Positions 58,573 to 64,000 of a stretch of 64,000 nucleotides of DNA are shown here, piece after piece (positions within the stretch are counted from its first letter, which is position 1; the number at the start of each line of letters is the position of its first letter). The stretch is from a virus. The translations under genes were made by a program, and so were the position numbers. The stretch spans positions 32,001 through 96,000 of the IMG/VR virus record IMGVR_UViG_3300028388_004772. The stretch is one strand, 5' to 3'. The notes below the pieces were generated by a model. That model worked only from the letters and a program-made list of their open reading frames with translations, ran no database searches and was not told where the DNA came from.

Positions 58573-59915
58573 GTGTTATGTTTCAAATAAGTTTCTAAAT
58601 CTTCTGGTGTTCCTAGACCCCACATACCTGACGCTGTGTATGTTCGAATCTCTTTGTCATCTTCAATTGCCTGATTGAACACTGGACAAACATAGAATTC
58701 GTTATTGACTCGAATATCTTTTTCGATCATCTGTTCAGCATACTTGACAAAGTCAGAACCGTTTTTCCAATAGTAGTATCCTACCGTAGCATTATCCGAT
58801 ATTGGTTTCTTTTCGGCAACCTCTGTTACGCAACCTTTTTCATTTATTTTTGCAAATGACCATTTAGGATGAGTTGCCTTGAAAGTAACAATACCACCAT
58901 CAGCACTCTTTTCTTGCATATTGTACATAAACTCGATTGGATCCCATTCAACATACTGATCAGAGTTTGCAAAAAATAATGGTTGGTCATTATCAATAAA
59001 CTCTTTTGCAAGTAACGCTGTACATGCAGCCCCTTCAGTAATTCCATCAGTTTCCACTACTTTACAATCAGGGGCTATCAAGTTCAGCATTGTATCAAGC
59101 TGATATTTTTCTCTATGTTCTTTTTGTACAACAAAGATATAATTAGCATCCAAGCCAAGGTTGTCGACCACAACCTGAATCATTGGTTTGCCGTTTACAT
59201 CAATTAGAGGTTTAGGGAATGTGTATCCAGCCTGAGCAAATCTACTTCCAGCTCCTGCCATCGGAATCAAAACATTTAATTTATCATCAGACCATTTCTT
59301 TTGCATTGGTTCACCTTTCAAATGTGGAAATACTTTATCACAATTCACTTCATATGGATTTGCTACTCTGATATACTTAGCTCTTGATCTAGAGGCAGCT
59401 AATAGTCCTGGAGGAGAGTCCTCTATAATCAACGTTTCTTCAGGTAGGACACCCATCATCGACATTGCTTTCCAATAGATCTCAGGGTGTGGTTTTGAAT
59501 TCTTGACGTCATCATTTGATAAAATAATAGAACAATGTTCAATCAAATCAGTCTTGGCCAAAGCCGTCAGAGCAGTACGACGAATAGAATTAGTACAAAC
59601 CCCAATCTTATAATCGTGAAGCTCGAGCTCTTCAAATAAGATCTTGATATCTCGGATTGGCTTAAGTTCACTAAGCTTATCGATTGTCAGCGCTTGTTTC
59701 TTTTCAAAAATTGTTTGATGAAGATCGAGTGGAAGACCTTTTGTATCAGAAAGCATATCAAGCTTCTCACGAGTCTTCCTGCCATCATAAATATTATGAT
59801 GCTCATCATCTGTAATTGCGTACTGAGGTCCAAGAGCCTCATTAAGGGCCTCGTAATGAATTTGTTTGGCATCGATCAGTACACCATCTAAGTCAAACAA
59901 TACTAACTTGATCAC
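58569..59915 (-). CDS. HAD-family phosphatase fused to a sugar nucleotidyltransferase
   Basis: N-terminal FDLDGVL...KPHPEIY...IEDS..G; C-terminal LIPMAGAGSRF..AGY..PKPLI, NSDQ, NNEFYV.P, LGTPEDL. Confidence 0.88.
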   Translation of the reverse strand: MIKLVLFDLDGVLIDAKQIHYEALNEALGPQYAITDDEHHNIYDGRKTREKLDMLSDTKGLPLDLHQTIFEKKQALTIDKLSELKPIRDIKILFEELELHDYKIGVCTNSIRRTALTALAKTDLIEHCSIILSNDDVKNSKPHPEIYWKAMSMMGVLPEETLIIEDSPPGLLAASRSRAKYIRVANPYEVNCDKVFPHLKGEPMQKKWSDDKLNVLIPMAGAGSRFAQAGYTFPKPLIDVNGKPMIQVVVDNLGLDANYIFVVQKEHREKYQLDTMLNLIAPDCKVVETDGITEGAACTALLAKEFIDNDQPLFFANSDQYVEWDPIEFMYNMQEKSADGGIVTFKATHPKWSFAKINEKGCVTEVAEKKPISDNATVGYYYWKNGSDFVKYAEQMIEKDIRVNNEFYVCPVFNQAIEDDKEIRTYTASGMWGLGTPEDLETYLKHNT

Positions 59916-60691
59916 ATCACGTCCTTCATCAGCTGATCAACGTTTTCTCCAGCATTGGGAAGCTTGTCCTTTAAGAAGAAGTGTACAAAATATGCTGAGG
60001 CTGGATCTTTGACTGCTGTGTATAAAGCATTCCATTTCCAGTTCAAATGTTGTTGTTTCATCTTCTCTTTACGTACCCAATAATTCAAAAGTGTTTGGTC
60101 TGTTGACCACTTCCAAGGTCCCTGTCCATCCACAAAGTCTTTGAACTCAGGTCTTGTGATAAAGTCCTTTGCCGGCTGGTTGATATACTTATAGATCGAT
60201 TTATTCATCACCATCAGACCCATGTTATAGAATTCAAATCCGTGCTTACCAGGATTGAAGTCAACTTTACCGTGAAGGGATTGGTATTGCATTCTTGAAT
60301 AGTTATCAATCTTTTGAGCATACCAAGGTTGGATTGGCATGTCACGCTCAATGACGCCAGCAAAGTCTACACTGGGATCAACGCTATCAAAAATATTAGG
60401 AGAACCAGGTCGAATCCAAATATCAGCGTCCACAATAGCAATTTGGTCGTATCGGTCAAAGTAATCGAACGCATTTTCTTTTTCGTAGATTGGTAGGAAC
60501 CCACCATGCTTTTCGTAGGACTCTTTAGATCGGTTGGTGGCAAATACATCTGGTTTGATCTTTAAGATCGGAGTACGTTGAACGATATGGTCGATCCCAT
60601 GACGCTCGCAGTACTCCGATACAGAATTAACACAACGGTCATATAATTTAGAAGGCTTACCAACGTAAACCTGGTATATCATTTGTTTCAT
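59912..60691 (-). CDS. GT-A fold glycosyltransferase
   Basis: YDQIAIVDAD, YNMG, DQTLLN, WN, VHF. Confidence 0.78.
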   Translation of the reverse strand: MKQMIYQVYVGKPSKLYDRCVNSVSEYCERHGIDHIVQRTPILKIKPDVFATNRSKESYEKHGGFLPIYEKENAFDYFDRYDQIAIVDADIWIRPGSPNIFDSVDPSVDFAGVIERDMPIQPWYAQKIDNYSRMQYQSLHGKVDFNPGKHGFEFYNMGLMVMNKSIYKYINQPAKDFITRPEFKDFVDGQGPWKWSTDQTLLNYWVRKEKMKQQHLNWKWNALYTAVKDPASAYFVHFFLKDKLPNAGENVDQLMKDVM

Positions 60692-60701
60692 AATTACCTA
60701 A

Positions 60702-60866
60702 TTATCTATTTTTCCATTCAACGCATGTGTATGTATAGTTGCCGTCAAGCTCGCTTATCATAGCCTTACCAACTGATCTACACTGAGACCAATTAGTAAA
60801 GTGTCCTTGATCGTAAGCTACGACCTCACCTTTCGCGGTCAATAGCATTACGAGAAGTACCCACAT
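60702..60866 (-). CDS. Small protein with hydrophobic N-terminus (54 aa, not in the ORF track)
   Basis: Manual translation MWVLLVMLLTAKGEVVAYDQGHFTNWSQCRSVGKAMISELDGNYTYTCVEWKNR*; fills the gap exactly. Confidence 0.55.
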   Translation of the reverse strand: MWVLLVMLLTAKGEVVAYDQGHFTNWSQCRSVGKAMISELDGNYTYTCVEWKNR

Positions 60867-61199
60867 TTATTTTTTCTTAGCTAACGCATCCGCTCCAAAG
60901 AATGCAGATACTAAAACTGCAATTGAAGCAAAGTAAGTTGGTGCAATATCAGCGATTAGCTGAGCTGCTGTATCTAAACCAAATGCGGAAGTCATAAAGA
61001 TTCCGATTGGGTAAAGTAAAAGTCCAAATAGTGCGAACCATGCCATTTTGCGAATAGCATCCCGCTGTGCATCTTGGTCTTCCATTTCTTTACGCTTGAA
61101 CTCAAGATACATCTCGTGTTCTTCATCAGTAACAATTCCATCACCATTACTATCGGCTGGATGAAAACCAGCCTTTTCAATTTCTTCTGCCATATCCAT
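60867..61199 (-). CDS. Two-TM membrane protein with EF-hand-like loop (holin-like candidate)
   Basis: DSNGDGIVTDEE, two hydrophobic helices, basic C-terminus; after a late promoter. Confidence 0.55.
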   Translation of the reverse strand: MDMAEEIEKAGFHPADSNGDGIVTDEEHEMYLEFKRKEMEDQDAQRDAIRKMAWFALFGLLLYPIGIFMTSAFGLDTAAQLIADIAPTYFASIAVLVSAFFGADALAKKK

Positions 61200-61221
61200 C
61201 TCCTCTCATAGTGGATATAGT

Positions 61222-61229
61222 TATTTATA
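61222..61229 (-). promoter_or_regulatory. T4-type late promoter TATAAATA upstream of the glycan cluster
   Basis: Exact match; downstream genes run with short gaps to 50630. Confidence 0.8.
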
Positions 61230-61230
61230 C

Positions 61231-62265
61231 TTATTCGTTAAACGTATATGTGAATACTCTGTTTCCAGTAGTAGCCCCAGCAACCGTACTATTATGAAAA
61301 TCAAAGGTGTTCACACCAGTTGTTCCAAATGGTGGATCGTATTCCAGATTCGGACTTGTTATGTTGTCCCCTCCGCCACCACCACTTGGTGTAACAGTTC
61401 CATTTATTACTGTGACGATAGGGTCTGCTGTATACGAGTGATATAGCCAAAGGAAATCAAGATACGCAACAGATGTATTCGAGAATGTGTATCTTTGATC
61501 ACCACTACTATTATAGGTTGTGGTACCAGGCATTTGTATCGAGCAGACAGTAGTTCCTGATGAATTTTTCATTAATATTGATCTAAAAGTAATGCTTGAT
61601 GGAAAGCTTGATTCGAGACCAGACAGGTCACTGTTTGGATTATCGGGCTCAAAACTTATTCTTACCTGAGATGCATATTGACCAAGTGCTAGGGTTGTTA
61701 CTCTAAATATATTAGTAACTGATGTGTGGTATACATCATCTCCTAAGGTAAATGTTTGTGTTGATGATGATGTTGTAGCTATTCCATCACTTGCTTGAAG
61801 TGCAAATGTTCGCGATTGTGCTGAAACACTTGCTGTTCTTGTAAATGAAAACGTGTCGCCCGATTGACCCGTCAATGTGAAGAGATCAGAAGAACCAGTT
61901 CCCAATATATAATCATATGATTGAATTCGAAGGCCATCAGGATCTGTAGCATTTACCACTGCCCTTAATGTATTAGCCGAACCAACCATTGGATGTGTAA
62001 ATTCTGTACCATCAGGAAATGTTACCGAAGAAATTGTTGGTGCAGTATTTGATGAGCTCAATCTAGCCCAACCATTACCAACTGAGACATACGGATTAGT
62101 AGTTGATGTAGTGTATGCAATTGTTCCAGCCGGCGATACAGGCAATAAACCTACACTATCGTACACATCAGTCGTTAGTGTTGCATCTGGTATGTTTTCA
62201 GCACCAAGAACTCCAGTACTATCTGCACCACCGAGGCCTCTTGCTAAATCTCTATTACGAGTCAT
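61231..62265 (-). CDS. Virion accessory protein with shared N-terminal adaptor
   Basis: MTRNRDLA; YDS...LP....GTIAY...GNGW...N.AP.I; cadherin-like ATDPDG...ASDG. Confidence 0.7.
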   Translation of the reverse strand: MTRNRDLARGLGGADSTGVLGAENIPDATLTTDVYDSVGLLPVSPAGTIAYTTSTTNPYVSVGNGWARLSSSNTAPTISSVTFPDGTEFTHPMVGSANTLRAVVNATDPDGLRIQSYDYILGTGSSDLFTLTGQSGDTFSFTRTASVSAQSRTFALQASDGIATTSSSTQTFTLGDDVYHTSVTNIFRVTTLALGQYASQVRISFEPDNPNSDLSGLESSFPSSITFRSILMKNSSGTTVCSIQMPGTTTYNSSGDQRYTFSNTSVAYLDFLWLYHSYTADPIVTVINGTVTPSGGGGGDNITSPNLEYDPPFGTTGVNTFDFHNSTVAGATTGNRVFTYTFNE

Positions 62266-63629
62266 TAACGCTCTCTTAAAGTTGGTGTAAACGATGTTGT
62301 ATCTGACCAGTTGTCACCATACAATGGCTCTGTATATCTCACAGCAATTCCAGCAAATTTCATTGGTTCAAAAGGCGCAGCACCTGCATATGCATTATCC
62401 CCTCCGAATGTAAATCTTCTTGCATCCGCATTAAAGGTTCCCCTATTCAAGACAGCGGTATCTTCTTCATGAGTTCCGGATGCACCAATTTGTCCGAGAG
62501 AGGTAGTCATAAGTGTTCCATTGATAAAGTAATTAAATTCAATGCTATCAGCAGCACCATACATGTTAATTAAACAATGGTTCCAGGAATCATAATTAGG
62601 ATGATTCATATCCGGACCTCTATCGGCTCCACCACCACTACCATTACCATTGTATGAATAGCCATCACCATCACGTAAGAAAAACAGAGCGTCCGTCAGC
62701 CCGTCTCCATTACCAAACCACTTAGTTCTGATATTTTCCTGGCCATCGAATTTAAACCAAAACTCTAGAGACATTTGTTCATCATAATCATTACCAGACT
62801 GCATTCGTGCGGAGTCTGTCAAATATGCTGATCCGGATAATCTACCACCGATTGCAAATGCATTGTCTGTATTACCAGTATGCAGAACAGTTGTACCTGG
62901 GTAAGATGTGCCTCCACCAGTCAACTGAACAGTCTCTTTGGATACTGTATATGAACCAGCGTCATGAAGCCAAATATCCAAAGTATTAGACTCATCCGTA
63001 AATCCATTACTAATAGTAGCAGATTTAGTTCCAGCGGTTAACGCTGGCCCGTTCAATGCATACACATTGCGCATTGCAATCGGTCTTTGCTTTGACATTC
63101 TAATGGAGGGGGATCCAAATGTTGCAATATTGACACCATCTGAGACTCTGATAGTTAAATCCGTAACATTTACTTCAGCGGAATCATCCAATGTGACAGA
63201 AATACGGTTTCCGTCAATAGTATTTGATGTATATGAGTCAAATACCGAATTGGCTACAAGAGAATATGTCAAAGGTGTGCTATCAGCATCAGTAGCATTA
63301 ACAGTAATAATTGATGGGGATATGGCCGAGTCGAAAAAATAAATACTATCCTCAATATTCCAGCCATCTCCAAACGTCAATCCACTAATCGTAGGAGTAC
63401 TATTTACAGTACTCACCTTGAACCAACCCGAACCGTTTGTCATGTAAAGAGTATTGTTTGCTTCTGAGTATGCAATCTGGCCAGTTGTCAACCCTGTAAG
63501 AGGAAATGCACCCGCACTATCATATGATACTGGTGTACCAACTCCAGCATCTGGTGAAATAGCATTGGAGGTAAATTGACCATCAGGTGTGACTGATTTA
63601 GCTAGTTTGGATATCCGTCTGTTAGACAT
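62265..63629 (-). CDS. Virion accessory protein with shared adaptor and LamG/ConA-like C-terminus
   Basis: YDS...FP....GQIAY...NGSGWFKV; ATDADS...VSDG; SLEFWFK...WNH...YFING. Confidence 0.7.
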   Translation of the reverse strand: MSNRRISKLAKSVTPDGQFTSNAISPDAGVGTPVSYDSAGAFPLTGLTTGQIAYSEANNTLYMTNGSGWFKVSTVNSTPTISGLTFGDGWNIEDSIYFFDSAISPSIITVNATDADSTPLTYSLVANSVFDSYTSNTIDGNRISVTLDDSAEVNVTDLTIRVSDGVNIATFGSPSIRMSKQRPIAMRNVYALNGPALTAGTKSATISNGFTDESNTLDIWLHDAGSYTVSKETVQLTGGGTSYPGTTVLHTGNTDNAFAIGGRLSGSAYLTDSARMQSGNDYDEQMSLEFWFKFDGQENIRTKWFGNGDGLTDALFFLRDGDGYSYNGNGSGGGADRGPDMNHPNYDSWNHCLINMYGAADSIEFNYFINGTLMTTSLGQIGASGTHEEDTAVLNRGTFNADARRFTFGGDNAYAGAAPFEPMKFAGIAVRYTEPLYGDNWSDTTSFTPTLRER

Positions 63630-63656
63630 AGCAACTCTCTAGTGAAGTGATATTAT

Positions 63657-64000
63657 CTATTTATACACTTCTTCAAGTCTTGCGAATAAATATTCTTCCA
63701 AGTCATCTTCATTTGCTTGATAGCGAATACCAATACCACCTGCATCATTCCAACGCTTGATGTTATCTGGCTTATCGTCAATCAGAATGTTCGGAAGACC
63801 CGTAATACTTGAAGTTGCATACTTGTGTTTGTTGCCAGTAAAAATGCATTTTGAAACAGCAGGCATGTATCCATTCTTTTCTAACCAGCAACGCTTGTGG
63901 TAAGTTGAGTTTGCAAAATCATTACGGATCGGTGATGAACAAATACCCCAGTCTCCGTTAGACAACTCTCGTACAAAATTGATCAATTGATCAGACGTTT
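63657..64000 (-). CDS. HAD-family 5'(3')-deoxyribonucleotidase-like protein, C-terminal part
   Basis: ICSSP...K..WL...K.KYA...NILIDD...NI..W..AGG.GI; 5' end lies outside the window. Confidence 0.75.
   Translation of the reverse strand, partial: TSDQLINFVRELSNGDWGICSSPIRNDFANSTYHKRCWLEKNGYMPAVSKCIFTGNKHKYATSSITGLPNILIDDKPDNIKRWNDAGGIGIRYQANEDDLEEYLFARLEEVYK
63658..63665 (-). promoter_or_regulatory. T4-type late promoter TATAAATA
   Basis: Exact match overlapping the end of the upstream gene, ahead of 63629. Confidence 0.75.

Noticed and set aside
50630-60691. Bacterial LPS/capsule locus (host contamination or chimeric assembly)
   Set aside because: Continuous with phage genes on both sides, preceded by a T4 late promoter, and lacking wzx/wzy/ABC export genes
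1-64000. Alternative genetic code, introns/inteins, integrase or transposase
   Set aside because: Core genes are full length in the standard code and no such motifs were seen

Overview
A 64-kb segment of a T4-like myovirus genome (AT-rich, tightly packed, mostly minus strand; gene order resembles marine T4-like phages). It holds: (i) fibre/virion accessory genes (1-9759 and 61231-63629); (ii) an ~11-kb enzyme cluster inserted among the late structural genes (9830-20948) with four radical SAM enzymes bearing Cys-rich SPASM-type C-termini, one B12-type radical SAM enzyme, four 2OG-Fe(II) oxygenases, a cupin, four unknown proteins, and a 199-aa protein ending CHAS-CHSS-CHSS-RGRR, the best candidate substrate of a RiPP-like system that modifies a virion protein; (iii) the baseplate module (large VrlC-like protein, gp8, gp9/10-like, gp7-like, gp6, gp25, gp5, gp53, gp48), then gp4, gp2, gp54, gp26, a start-less gp51-like frame reachable by a -1 frameshift on a T8 run, and a tape-measure-like gene; (iv) gp32, gp33, small early genes, tRNA-Cys, tRNA-Arg and a GC-rich structured non-coding block; (v) a ~10-kb glycan cluster (50630-60691) with many glycosyltransferase-like genes, two methyltransferases, a HAD/nucleotidyltransferase fusion and UDP-sulfoquinovose synthase (sqdB). 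Fibre and outer baseplate proteins are strongly enriched in Asp-Ser dipeptides, a possible glycosylation sequon. T4 late promoters (TATAAATA) punctuate the structural operons. All calls come from reading motifs by eye; no database search was run.
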